The notes beneath the pieces were generated by a model. The model did no database searches, was not told the DNA's origin, and saw only the letters and a list, made by a program, of their open reading frames with translations. A DNA stretch of 248,000 bases from Hyalangium minutum (GTDB lineage: Bacteria; Myxococcota; Myxococcia; Myxococcales; Myxococcaceae). The stretch is taken from positions 20,001 through 268,000 of the forward strand of contig NZ_JMCB01000001.1 of NCBI RefSeq assembly GCF_000737315.1, in the 5' to 3' direction. The position numbers and the translations under genes were made by a program. Below are positions 10,253 to 19,610 of the stretch, piece after piece (the stretch's first letter is position 1; every line of letters begins with the position of its first letter).

Positions 10253-11305
10253 ATGCGCCTGACCCGAGTCCTCTGCGCCCTTCCCCTCGTCACCGCCGTC
10301 GCCTGCCTCTCCACGCCCCCCGTGCACGATCGGGCGCTGCTCAACAACGAGCTGTGCGTCCAGCAGCTCAACATCAATGACTTGGAGCGCGCCGAGGTCT
10401 ACTGCGATCTGGGCCTGGAGTTCTCGCCCACGTACGCGGACCTGTGGGTGAACAAGGGCCTCATCAAGCTCAAGGCTGGCGACACGGGCAAGGCCAAGGA
10501 ATTCTTCATCAAGGCGCTGCGCTACAACAACGAGCAGGCCCAGGCCTACCAGAACCTCGGCTACATCTACCTGCAGGAGGGCGCTTACGGGAAGGCGCAC
10601 GACAACTTCCAGCGCGCCCTGAAGGTGAACCCGGACTATCTCGAGGCCCGCTACAACCTGGGCCTGGCCTACCTGAAGATGGAGAAGAACGAGCAGGCCA
10701 AGAAGGAGTTCCGCACCATCATCGCGGTGGACCCGAACATCGCGGACGCGCACCACAGCCTGGGCGTGCTGGCCTACAGCGAGGGCAAGTTCGAGGAGGC
10801 CGCCGAGCACATCGGCCGCGCCGTGCAGCTGTCTCCGGACGTGGCCTCCTTCTGGCACGACTACGGCGCCACCCTCATGGAGCTCGCCCGCTTCGCCGAG
10901 GCCAAGGACGCCTTCGCCACCTGCGTCACCCTGGACCAGAAGAACCCCCAGTGCCTCAACAACCTGGCCATTGCGCAGCGCAAGGCGGCCCTGACGGACT
11001 CGGCCTTCAAGGAGATCAAGGACACCAACACGGCGGAGAACACCCCCGCCTCGCTCTACGTGCTGGCCAAGCAGCAGGCCGAGCAGGGCCTGGTGGACCA
11101 GGAGGAGCGCACCTACAAGAAGTGTGTCCGGCTGGATGGCAAGTACGCTCCCTGCCACTACGGCCTCTTCAAGATCTACGCTGACGCGAAGAAGAAGGAC
11201 GCCGCCACCATTGCCTGCAAGAACTTCCTCAAGTACGGCACCGCAGACGAGTTCCCCAGCGAGATTGAAACGTGCGAGAAGTACCTGAGCGACGGCACCT
11301 TCTGA
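10253..11305 (+). CDS. TPR-repeat lipoprotein
   Basis: lipobox AVAC; multiple TPRs (AYQNLG, ARYNLG, AHHSLG). Confidence 0.8.
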   Translation: MRLTRVLCALPLVTAVACLSTPPVHDRALLNNELCVQQLNINDLERAEVYCDLGLEFSPTYADLWVNKGLIKLKAGDTGKAKEFFIKALRYNNEQAQAYQNLGYIYLQEGAYGKAHDNFQRALKVNPDYLEARYNLGLAYLKMEKNEQAKKEFRTIIAVDPNIADAHHSLGVLAYSEGKFEEAAEHIGRAVQLSPDVASFWHDYGATLMELARFAEAKDAFATCVTLDQKNPQCLNNLAIAQRKAALTDSAFKEIKDTNTAENTPASLYVLAKQQAEQGLVDQEERTYKKCVRLDGKYAPCHYGLFKIYADAKKKDAATIACKNFLKYGTADEFPSEIETCEKYLSDGTF

Positions 11306-11358
11306 CCCTTTGACCTTCTGGTTCCTTCTCCCTTCCCCCTTCTCTTGATGCCCTGGCG

Positions 11359-12483
11359 ATGAGCGTCCGGCTGACCGTCACCCAGCGCAGCGAGGCTGGC
11401 AGCTCTGCCAAGCCTGCGGAGCACGTCCTCGACGAGGCCTCCATCACCCTGGGCCGCGACAAGGGCTGCCAGGTGGTGCTCGCGCAGCAGGCCGTGTCCC
11501 GCAACCACGCGCGCATCTCCCAGGAGGGCAACCTCTTCTTCCTGGAGGATCTGGGCAGCGCCTACGGCACCCAGATCAACGGCAAGCCCCTGCCCAAGGG
11601 CGAGAAGCACCGCCTGCGCAACGGGGACGTCATCGCCATCGCGCAGTTCGACGTGACGTTCACCCACGTGGCGGACCTGCCCGTGGACAGCGGAGGGCGC
11701 TCGGACAAGACGTCCTTCGTGGCGCGCAGCCTGGTGAAGGACGCGGTGCGCGGCATCAAGAGCGGCGAGGGCCCCTACTTCCGGGTCATGAATGGCCCTC
11801 GAGAGAGCGAGCGCATCGAGATCAGCGACGCCCAGGAGCTCATCATCGGGCGTGACGAGACGGCCGACGTCGTCTTCAAGGATGACCTCATCTCCCGGCG
11901 GCACGTGAAGATCCGGCGCGACTGGGCCGGCACTCACGTGGAGGACCTGGGCAGCCGCAACGGCATCAAGGTCAACAAGAAGAAGATCAACCGCAAGACG
12001 CTCAAGGACAGCGACGAGCTCGAGGTGGGCAACATCCGCCTGCTCTACGTGGACCCCTCGGACTTGCCCGAGCCCGCGGTGGACATTCCGGACTCTCCCG
12101 TCGATGACGGAGGCGGGGACGACGACGACGACGAGCACACGCAGAGCATCCCCGCGGGCCGCGTCGGCTCCCGGCGCGCCAAGCCCAAGGAAGAGGAGCC
12201 GCCCCAGGAGGAGCCGCCCAAGGAAGAGCCGCCCCAGGAGGAACCTCCCAAGGAGGAGGCCGCTCCGGAGCCCGCTCCCGAGCCTCCTGCGCCCGAGCCC
12301 GAGCCCGAGCCCGAGCAACCCCGTCCCATCCCCCAGAGGTCCTACGCCGCCAGCGTGGACGATGACGGTGGCGGGGGCGGCGGCGGCGGGTTCGACAAGC
12401 AGAAGATGGTGCCCCTGGTGGTAATGGGTGTGTTCGCCCTGTTCGCCATCGGCCTGATCATCGCGGTGCTGGCCGGAGCCTGA
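11359..12483 (+). CDS. double FHA-domain membrane protein (possible SctD-like partner)
   Basis: two FHA cores (LGRD..SRNHA..DLGSAYGT; IGRD..SRRH..DLGSRNG), Pro/Glu linker, C-terminal TM. Confidence 0.8.
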   Translation: MSVRLTVTQRSEAGSSAKPAEHVLDEASITLGRDKGCQVVLAQQAVSRNHARISQEGNLFFLEDLGSAYGTQINGKPLPKGEKHRLRNGDVIAIAQFDVTFTHVADLPVDSGGRSDKTSFVARSLVKDAVRGIKSGEGPYFRVMNGPRESERIEISDAQELIIGRDETADVVFKDDLISRRHVKIRRDWAGTHVEDLGSRNGIKVNKKKINRKTLKDSDELEVGNIRLLYVDPSDLPEPAVDIPDSPVDDGGGDDDDDEHTQSIPAGRVGSRRAKPKEEEPPQEEPPKEEPPQEEPPKEEAAPEPAPEPPAPEPEPEPEQPRPIPQRSYAASVDDDGGGGGGGGFDKQKMVPLVVMGVFALFAIGLIIAVLAGA

Positions 12484-12603
12484 GCAGACGCTCCAGCCGC
12501 ACGAGCCCCCCTCAGCCTCTCCCCTCCCCCACGAACGAAAAAGCCCCCTCTGCCGGAGCAGAGAGGGCCTTTGCCGGGGCTCCCCGAAGGGAGGGGCCTG
12601 CGG

Positions 12604-14736
12604 CTAGCGCGTGGAGATGCGGGCCACGGGCTGGATGTTGAGGTCCGGAGCGAGCTCCTGGTAGCTGAGCACGGAGAACGGCGGGTTGAACTCGAACTCG
12701 AGCAGCTTGCGGACGTAGCGCCGGATGTCCATGGCGGTGAGGATGACGGGGCGCTGCGCGCTGGGCGGCAGGTGGCCACACTCGGACTTGACGGCCTGGA
12801 CGATCTCCTGGGCCAGCTCCGGCTCCAGGGCCAGGTGGGTGCCCGCCGAGGTGCGCTTGATGGAGCCGCGGATGGCCTCCTCGATCTGCGGATCCAGCAG
12901 GTAGACGACCAGGGTGCCGGTACCGCGCGCGTACTTGTGCGAGATGTACCGCCGCAGCGAGGCGCGCACGTGCTCGGTGAGCATCACGTTGTCGGCCTCC
13001 ACTTGGCCGTACTCGGCCAGGGACTGGAGGATGCCGCGCAAGTCGCGCACGGAGATCTCCTCCTCCACGAGCCGCTGGAGGATGTCCGTGAGCTTGAGCA
13101 CGTTGACGACCTTCGGCACCACCTCTTTGACGATGGCGGGGAAGGCCTTCTCCAGCTGGTCCAGCATCGTCTGCGACTCCTGGACGCCCACGAACTCGCG
13201 GGCGTTGCGGCGCAGGATGGCGGCCAAGTGGAGGATGATGTAGCCGGGCACGTCCCAGGTGGTGAGGCCGGCGGACTCCAGCGTCTCCTTGTGCTGCTCA
13301 GGGACCCAGGCGGCGGGCTGGCGGGTGGCCGGGTTGATGGCCTCGAAGCCCTGGATGTTCATCAACTTCAGGCGGTCCACCGTGTCGTTCACGAGCACGT
13401 GGCCCAGCGTGGCCTGGCCAGTGACGACAGGCACCTCGTTGATCTGGATCTGGTAAGCGCCGGGCGGGAGGCTCGAGTTACCGCGGGCACGCACGCCCGG
13501 GAAACGCACGCCGAGCTCCACGAAGAGGCCGTCGCGCATGAACGGGATGAGCTCGAAGAGGAACTTCCCGTTGTCCTGGCGCGAGTCCACGTAGGGCACC
13601 AGCGCGTCGCTCACCTCCAGAACAATCGGAGTGACGACGGGGACGAAGAGCTCGGAGTCCGGGTTGATGGGCTCCTTGGGCGCGGGCTCGGTGGCGGCGG
13701 GGGTGCCGTTATCCGAGGTGGTGGTAGGAGCCAGGCCGCCGCCGCCCTCCTCCGCCACCGTCTCCTCCTGCTGCTTCTTGAGCATCTTCCAGGCGCCGAA
13801 GGCCGCGCCGCCGCCCAGCACCGTGAAGGGGATGCCGGGCAGACCGGGGATGATGGCCATCACCAGGAGCATGCCACCTGCGATGGCGATGGCCTTCGGG
13901 TACGCGGTCAGCTGCGTGCCCACGTCCTTGCCGAGGTGGTTACCCTCCTCCTCGCCGCCCACGCGCGTCACGATGATACCGGCGCAGGTGGAGATGAGGA
14001 TGGCGGGGATCATGCCCACCAGACCGTCACCGATGGTGAGCAGCGCGTACTTCTGCGCGGCCGCGCCCACGTCCATGCCCTTCTGCATCACACCGATGAT
14101 GAGGCCACCGACGATGTTGATGACGGTGATGATGATGGAGGCAATCGCGTCGCCCTTGACGAACTTCATGGCGCCGTCCATGGCGCCGAACAGCTGGCTC
14201 TCGCGCTCCAGGTCGCGGCGCTTCTTCTTGCCCACCTCCAGATCGATGGAGCCGGCGCGGAGGTCCGCGTCGATGGACATCTGCTTGCCGGGCATGGCGT
14301 CCAGGGTGAAGCGGGCGGCCACTTCGGCCACGCGCTCCGAGCCCTTGGAGATCACGATGAAGTTCACCACCGTGAGGATGACGAAGATGATGGCACCGAC
14401 GACGAAGTTGCCCTGAACCACGAACTTACCGAAGGCGACCACCACCTCACCCGGATCGCCCGTGAGCAGAATCAGGCGTGTGGTGGAGATGGTGAGCGAC
14501 AGCCGGTACATCGTGGTGATCAGCAGCAGCGTCGGGAACACCGACAGCTGGAGCGCCGCTGGCACGTAGAGCGAGATGAGCAGCAGCACCACCGAGATGC
14601 TGATGTTGAGCGTCAGCAGCACGTCCAACAGGTGGGTGGGCAGCGGGACGATCATCATCCCGACGATGGCCACCACGACCAGCGCGAGGACGATATCGGA
14701 GTACTTGGACAGGAAGCTGTTCGGATTGGCTGACAT
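12604..14736 (-). CDS. sctV: T3SS export gate SctV (LcrD/FlhA family)
   Basis: RFTLDAMPGKQMSIDAD, FGAMDGAMKFVKGDAIA. Confidence 0.95.
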   Translation of the reverse strand: MSANPNSFLSKYSDIVLALVVVAIVGMMIVPLPTHLLDVLLTLNISISVVLLLISLYVPAALQLSVFPTLLLITTMYRLSLTISTTRLILLTGDPGEVVVAFGKFVVQGNFVVGAIIFVILTVVNFIVISKGSERVAEVAARFTLDAMPGKQMSIDADLRAGSIDLEVGKKKRRDLERESQLFGAMDGAMKFVKGDAIASIIITVINIVGGLIIGVMQKGMDVGAAAQKYALLTIGDGLVGMIPAILISTCAGIIVTRVGGEEEGNHLGKDVGTQLTAYPKAIAIAGGMLLVMAIIPGLPGIPFTVLGGGAAFGAWKMLKKQQEETVAEEGGGGLAPTTTSDNGTPAATEPAPKEPINPDSELFVPVVTPIVLEVSDALVPYVDSRQDNGKFLFELIPFMRDGLFVELGVRFPGVRARGNSSLPPGAYQIQINEVPVVTGQATLGHVLVNDTVDRLKLMNIQGFEAINPATRQPAAWVPEQHKETLESAGLTTWDVPGYIILHLAAILRRNAREFVGVQESQTMLDQLEKAFPAIVKEVVPKVVNVLKLTDILQRLVEEEISVRDLRGILQSLAEYGQVEADNVMLTEHVRASLRRYISHKYARGTGTLVVYLLDPQIEEAIRGSIKRTSAGTHLALEPELAQEIVQAVKSECGHLPPSAQRPVILTAMDIRRYVRKLLEFEFNPPFSVLSYQELAPDLNIQPVARISTR

Positions 14737-14838
14737 CGGCGGGGCCATCCTAGTCTGCCGTGGTGCCCAGGCCCAAGCCCCCGTGCCGGACCCTCCGTCC
14801 CCCCCCGTCACCGGACTGTTTGTGGTAGGACTGCGGCA

Positions 14839-15786
14839 ATGGTGCCCGAACCGCCCTCGCCCACCCGTGGCCCTGTCCCCACGTATGGCTGGCGCGTCGC
14901 GTTGTTGACCAGCTCCTCAGACGTGGTGCACCTCATCTCCGAGGCCATGCGCGCTCGGAACCACGAGCTGGTGGCGGTGGTCCTCCCCTGCGGCCCGGAT
15001 GGGCTCCGGCCCCAGAACGCCCTTGCCTGGTCGCTCATGCACCATGCAGTCCAGGCCTCGCCTCCTCTGGCCGATGTGCTGGTGGCCAGCCGAAGGGACC
15101 GGCTCGCGCCGCTGCTGCAGTCGGTGAAGCCGGACCTGCTCATCAGCTTCTTCTTCCCGTGGCGGATCCCCTCGGAGGCGCTGGCGGTGCCGTCGCTGGG
15201 CGCCGTCAACCTCCACCCCTCGCTGCTGCCTCGCTACCGCGGCCCCAATCCGCTGGGCTGGACCCTGCGCAACGATGAACCGGAGATGGGCCTGAGCATC
15301 CACCGGATGGACGCTCAGTTCGACACCGGGCCGGTGCTGGCACAGGCGCGGCGCCCCATCAGCGACTCGGACACGGTGGAGAGCCTCTTCGAGCAGCAGA
15401 TGAACATGGCCTGGGAGCTGCTCCCGGAGATGATCACCCGCGTGGCGTGGGGCGACGTGGGCGAGGCGCAGCCGGAAGCCCAGGCCACCCAAGCGGGCCA
15501 CTTCGAGCCCGCTTACCGAGAGCTGGACTGGAGCCAGCCCGCGCGCGCGATCCACGTCCAGGTGAGAGCCTGCCGAGTTGCCTCGTGGCGAGGGGGCAAG
15601 CCCTCCTACGCCTACGGCCAGCTCGGCGGGCGGAAGCTCCACGTGCTGAGCACCCGTCTGGCGGAGAGCGGCGGCACGACGACAGCAGCTCCCGGCACGG
15701 TCCTCGCGCGCGACGGCGAGACGCTTCTCATGCAGTGTGGAGACGCGCCCCTCTGGGTGCTCCAGACGGAGCCCTTCCAGGCCTGA
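14839..15786 (+). CDS. methionyl-tRNA formyltransferase-like protein
   Basis: NLHPSLLPRYRGPNP, HRMDAQFDTG. Confidence 0.8.
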   Translation: MVPEPPSPTRGPVPTYGWRVALLTSSSDVVHLISEAMRARNHELVAVVLPCGPDGLRPQNALAWSLMHHAVQASPPLADVLVASRRDRLAPLLQSVKPDLLISFFFPWRIPSEALAVPSLGAVNLHPSLLPRYRGPNPLGWTLRNDEPEMGLSIHRMDAQFDTGPVLAQARRPISDSDTVESLFEQQMNMAWELLPEMITRVAWGDVGEAQPEAQATQAGHFEPAYRELDWSQPARAIHVQVRACRVASWRGGKPSYAYGQLGGRKLHVLSTRLAESGGTTTAAPGTVLARDGETLLMQCGDAPLWVLQTEPFQA

Positions 15787-15803
15787 GCTCCGCGAGGAGC
15801 GCC

Positions 15804-16571
15804 TCAGCGCCGCTTGCGCTCCTGCTCCTCCTCGACCTGCTCCAGGAGATACTGGGCGCGCTGGACCAGGGGACTGCCAGCGGTTCCGGCATCCAGCACC
15901 GTGTGCAGATCCTCCACCGCCAGCAGGAGGTCGCCGCGCCACATGCGGGCCTCGCCCCTGCACACCCGGGCCATGAGGTCCATGGCGTCCAGAGAGAGCG
16001 CCTCCTCGAAGAAGACGAGGGCCTTGTCCGTGGAGCCCTGCGCCATATAGGTGGCGCCCAGCTGGGTGAACACGGGACCGGTGGCCACGCCCATCGTCAC
16101 CAGCCGCTCCAGGATGAGCTGGGCCTCCTCGAGCTGGTCCTCGGTGATGAGGCGGCGCGCTGTGGCCAGGCGCTCGGCGACGGAGCCTTGGGCAGGCTGT
16201 GCCCCCGCGGGCGTCTTCTCCCGGGCCCCCGAGCCCTTCCGAGGCGAGCGGGCCGAAGCCCTCCTCCCAAAGGACGCTTCTTCGGCCTTCTCGGAGACGG
16301 CGGCCCGGCTCTTGGGCCGGGGCCCGAGCGGCGAGCTCTGCGCGGGCTGCGCGGCGGCGCCCCCCAACCGGGGCTCGATGGGAATCTCGGGCAGCGTGGG
16401 GTGCTCCGCCATCGACGCTCTGGGAATCTCGGGCACCGTGGGGTGCTCGGCCATGGACACTTCGCTCGGGCGCTGGGCAGGGGTCCCCCCGCGCACGGAG
16501 CGCTTCTCGAAGTGGTGGATCTTCACGGGGGCAGGGGGTGATTTCCTGCCCGACCCCTGAGAGTTGGCCAT
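15804..16571 (-). CDS. TPR protein with low-complexity N-terminus
   Basis: C-terminal TPR-like helices; inside T3SS cluster. Confidence 0.6.
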   Translation of the reverse strand: MANSQGSGRKSPPAPVKIHHFEKRSVRGGTPAQRPSEVSMAEHPTVPEIPRASMAEHPTLPEIPIEPRLGGAAAQPAQSSPLGPRPKSRAAVSEKAEEASFGRRASARSPRKGSGAREKTPAGAQPAQGSVAERLATARRLITEDQLEEAQLILERLVTMGVATGPVFTQLGATYMAQGSTDKALVFFEEALSLDAMDLMARVCRGEARMWRGDLLLAVEDLHTVLDAGTAGSPLVQRAQYLLEQVEEEQERKRR

Positions 16572-16607
16572 GGTTCCTTCAGGCGCCGGGCGACCAGCGC
16601 CGGCGGC

Positions 16608-17075
16608 CTACTTCTTCAATTCCGCGGGCGCGCTGCGCTGGGCGGCTTCGATGGTCTCGATGGCCGCGGCGGCCAGCAGGCGCGCTCGCATGGTGAGCGG
16701 ATCCTTGTTCTCCGGATCCAGATCGACCGCTCGGGCAAAGTCCTGAGCGGCCTCCATGATGTTGCCCAGGCGCAGGTGCACCTCGCCCCGGTTGACCAGC
16801 GCCGCCGAGTCCTTCGGGTTGAGCTTCAGCGCCTCGTCAAAGGCCTCCAAGGCCGCATCCAGCTCGTCCTCGGCCAGATAGATGGCGCCCAGGGCGGTCC
16901 GGTAATAGGCCTCCAGGGGGTCCTGCTGCGCCAGCTCCTCGAAAATGAGCCGAGCCTCTGGATAGTCGCCCTCCTCATAGAGGCGGAAGCCCTCCATGGC
17001 CCGCTCGAGCAACTCGGGGGAGGACAACGTATTCGCCTCCTCGTTTGCGACCATCGCCTTGGATTCCGTCGTCAT
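16608..17075 (-). CDS. SycD/LcrH-like TPR chaperone
   Basis: ~155 aa, three TPRs (YYRTALGAIY; ALVNRGEV). Confidence 0.7.
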   Translation of the reverse strand: MTTESKAMVANEEANTLSSPELLERAMEGFRLYEEGDYPEARLIFEELAQQDPLEAYYRTALGAIYLAEDELDAALEAFDEALKLNPKDSAALVNRGEVHLRLGNIMEAAQDFARAVDLDPENKDPLTMRARLLAAAAIETIEAAQRSAPAELKK

Positions 17076-17221
17076 CTGCGCGGGTACCTGGGGTAGGAGC
17101 GCCGCTGCGGGCTGTCACCGAGCGGCCGGAGTCTAGCCCGCAGGCGCGCCAACAACCAAGGAGGGTGATCAATCCAAGAGGGCCCCCTCCCGATGCCCAG
17201 GGGGCCCGGGGGGGGCCCCTG

Positions 17222-17274
17222 AAACGAAACCGGCCCCGCGGAAGGACCCTGGCTCCAGGTCCTCGCGAGGCCGG
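17222..17274 (-). terminator. intrinsic terminator after needle-like gene copy 1
   Basis: CCGGCCTCGCG-AGGACC stem and TTTCGTTTC tail on minus strand; same hairpin follows all six copies. Confidence 0.7.
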
Positions 17275-17311
17275 CTCCGGCCTACTGCCCAGACGGCTGC
17301 CTGGCTTACAA

Positions 17312-17539
17312 CTACACCGCCAGGTTCTGGATGACGCTCTTGCTCATCTCGTGCAGCGCCTTCATCATCGTCGTCGCCAGCTGCACCATCTCCTGCATCC
17401 GCTGCATCTCGGACTGAACCTTCAGAAGGTTCTTCTGCTCCGCGGGGATGTTCTGGTTGTCGATCCACGAGTTCATCGTGCCGACGTTGCTGTTGATGGT
17501 GCCAGAGAAGTTGTTGAAAACGCCACCGAGGCTGGACAT
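17312..17539 (-). CDS. 75-aa T3SS needle-like (SctF-like) subunit, copy 1
   Basis: size, helical-hairpin pattern and C-terminus (LLKVQSEMQ...TTMMKALHEMSKSVIQNL) resemble PrgI/YscF C-termini; located in T3SS cluster. Confidence 0.65.
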   Translation of the reverse strand: MSSLGGVFNNFSGTINSNVGTMNSWIDNQNIPAEQKNLLKVQSEMQRMQEMVQLATTMMKALHEMSKSVIQNLAV

Positions 17540-17600
17540 GACGAACTCCTTGAGACGGACGGGGTAGGGAGGGTGAACCGCGAAGCAGCTTACACCTGGA

Positions 17601-17650
17601 TTATCGGTTCTGGGCAGAGGGAGTTTCCTGGAATTTTCCGGATCATTTCC
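17601..17650 (-). promoter_or_regulatory. sigma28-like promoter AAACTC-N13-CCGATAA with upstream GGAAATGATCCGGAAAA box
   Basis: motif conserved upstream of the needle-like copies; -10 matches FliA consensus GCCGATAA. Confidence 0.65.
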
Positions 17651-17739
17651 AGGCATTGAAGCGTCCCCTCCCCTGCCTGGCCTACCCCCTGCCACTCATG
17701 AACTGCCGCAGGGCCCTACCTGAACTAGGATGGGGGGAC

Positions 17740-18351
17740 ATGGACCTCTCCCAGGCGAAGGACATCTTCCAGCGGCTCTACCAGGACCTGTCGGGTTACG
17801 AGACGGCCCAGCGGGAGAAGGAGCGGTTGGGACGGGGGGATCAGTCCACCACCTATGGAGAGATCCTCCCCGAGAGCTTCGTGGAGCTGATGGCTGCGGC
17901 CTCCCCCACCGAGGGTGACGTGTTCATTGATCTGGGCTCCGGCACGGGCAAGGCGACCTTCATGGCGGCCCTCAGCTTTCCGCTCAGCAAGTCCATGGGG
18001 GTGGAGCTGCTCCCTGGGCTGGGGGATCTGGCGCGCGAGCGGCTGGCCGTCTACGACTCCGAGTTCCGTCCCCACCTGCCCGAGCAGCACCAGCGCCAGC
18101 GCATCGAGTTCATCGACGGAGACCTGACGGAGCAGGATCTCTCGGGCGTGGACATCGTCTTCGCGCACGCCACCTGCTTCCCGCCGGAGCTGATCGCCCA
18201 GCTGGGCAAGAAGCTCGAGGAACTCAAGCCGGGGGCCCGGGTCATTGTCGCGGGGAACACGCTCAACACGCCGGCCCTCAAGTTCCTCGCCATGAAGATC
18301 ATGAGGGCGGATTGGGGCACGGCCCTCACCGCGATATACCAGCGCACTTGA
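17740..18351 (+). CDS. DOT1-like class I SAM methyltransferase
   Basis: TYGEI...FIDLGSGTGK...GVEL...GDL...LKPGARVI parallels the DOT1 catalytic core. Confidence 0.7.
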   Translation: MDLSQAKDIFQRLYQDLSGYETAQREKERLGRGDQSTTYGEILPESFVELMAAASPTEGDVFIDLGSGTGKATFMAALSFPLSKSMGVELLPGLGDLARERLAVYDSEFRPHLPEQHQRQRIEFIDGDLTEQDLSGVDIVFAHATCFPPELIAQLGKKLEELKPGARVIVAGNTLNTPALKFLAMKIMRADWGTALTAIYQRT

Positions 18352-18395
18352 CCTCAACCCACCGCCACACCGAGTGGCCACCCAGGAGAGAGCCC

Positions 18396-18968
18396 ATGCG
18401 AAGCGCTTCCCTGTCCCGTCTGCTGACCGCCGCCTGTACGGTGGCGATGCTCGGCGCCTGCAACGGTAACTCTGGAGGTACGGGAGGTCCGGGAGGCGAC
18501 GGGAATCCCAACACCAACACGCCCAAGTCGCCCCCGCCCCAGGCGCTCCAGGGCCAGTGGCTCAACGGCACCATCTCTCCTCTGTGGTTCTGGGATGAGA
18601 ACTCGCAGATGGTGCAGAACGGCGGCGGCACGGCCGCGTACTTCGTCTTCAAGCCCGACGGCAGCTACGAGGAGTTCCTCTATGCCAGCTTCACCAGCGG
18701 CGGCTCCTGCCGCTACCTGAGCTGGAGCTCCACGGAGGGCACGGCCACCTTCGAGGACGGCACCTTCCACATCTACCCGACCAAGGGGCGCTCGAAGTAC
18801 TCGGACTGCACCCACGGCAGCGACTTCGACAAGTCGCTCAGCGCGGATGAGCTGAAGAAGGCCCAGAAAGTCTACTACTGGAAGTTCCAGGCGCAGGCGG
18901 ACGGCACGTCGCAGCTGATGATGGGGCCCAACGAGACGAGCCTGAGCGTCTTCCAGAAGGCGCCGTAG
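18396..18968 (+). CDS. lipoprotein of unknown function
   Basis: lipobox LGAC, Gly-rich linker. Confidence 0.65.
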   Translation: MRSASLSRLLTAACTVAMLGACNGNSGGTGGPGGDGNPNTNTPKSPPPQALQGQWLNGTISPLWFWDENSQMVQNGGGTAAYFVFKPDGSYEEFLYASFTSGGSCRYLSWSSTEGTATFEDGTFHIYPTKGRSKYSDCTHGSDFDKSLSADELKKAQKVYYWKFQAQADGTSQLMMGPNETSLSVFQKAP

Positions 18969-19018
18969 CCGCGGTGCTCCAGGGTTGAGCACCGCGGCCA
19001 CATGCGCGCGGTGCTCCC

Positions 19019-19522
19019 CTACTCCTCGAGGGCCTCGTCGGCCTTCTTCTGCAGCATGGCCAGGGTGGCGCGGGCGCGCTTGGTGGTGTCGCGCTTGGCC
19101 TCCGGGTCCAGCTTCAGGGCAGCGAGGATGTCCTTGAGGGCATCCTCGAGCTTGCCCTCTTGCAGGTACAGCTCGCTGCGGCCCACCAGCGCATCCACGT
19201 TGGCGATGTTGAGCCGCAGGGAGGTGGTGTACTCCTCCAAGGCCTCGGGGAGCTGCTTGAGCTGGTGGTACGCGAACGCCAGATTCACGTGGAAGACGCT
19301 GTCATAGGGCGAGGCGGCCACCAGCCCCAGGAAGATGTCGCGCGCCTTCTCCAGATCGCCCCGCTTGAGCATGTTGTTGCCCATGGTCGCGATCTCATAC
19401 AGCTGCTTCTGCGAGAGCCCCAGGTACTGCGCGGGGGTGATGTCTCCGGCGACGAGCATCTCGCCGAGCTCCTCCTTGCTGGGAGCCTTGGCGCTGCCGG
19501 GCTTCTGCGGCGTGTCACTCAT
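19019..19522 (-). CDS. SycD/LcrH-like TPR chaperone
   Basis: LGLSQKQLYEIA N-terminus and TPRs typical of class II chaperones. Confidence 0.75.
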   Translation of the reverse strand: MSDTPQKPGSAKAPSKEELGEMLVAGDITPAQYLGLSQKQLYEIATMGNNMLKRGDLEKARDIFLGLVAASPYDSVFHVNLAFAYHQLKQLPEALEEYTTSLRLNIANVDALVGRSELYLQEGKLEDALKDILAALKLDPEAKRDTTKRARATLAMLQKKADEALEE

Positions 19523-19610
19523 GGTTCACCTGGACAAAAAGGCGGGAGGAAGGCGCAGTGGGTTGCGCTCTCCTCCCGCCCGGGAATGAGATGGATTCAG
19601 CCTAGCTCAA

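Noticed and set aside
9635-11158. 507-aa minus-strand ORF
   Set aside because: Only the last 171 aa (from 10150) look real; the rest is antisense to the TPR lipoprotein
12170-12390. EEPPKE / PEPEPE / poly-Gly repeats as a mobile or regulatory repeat
   Set aside because: Ordinary low-complexity linker within the FHA protein
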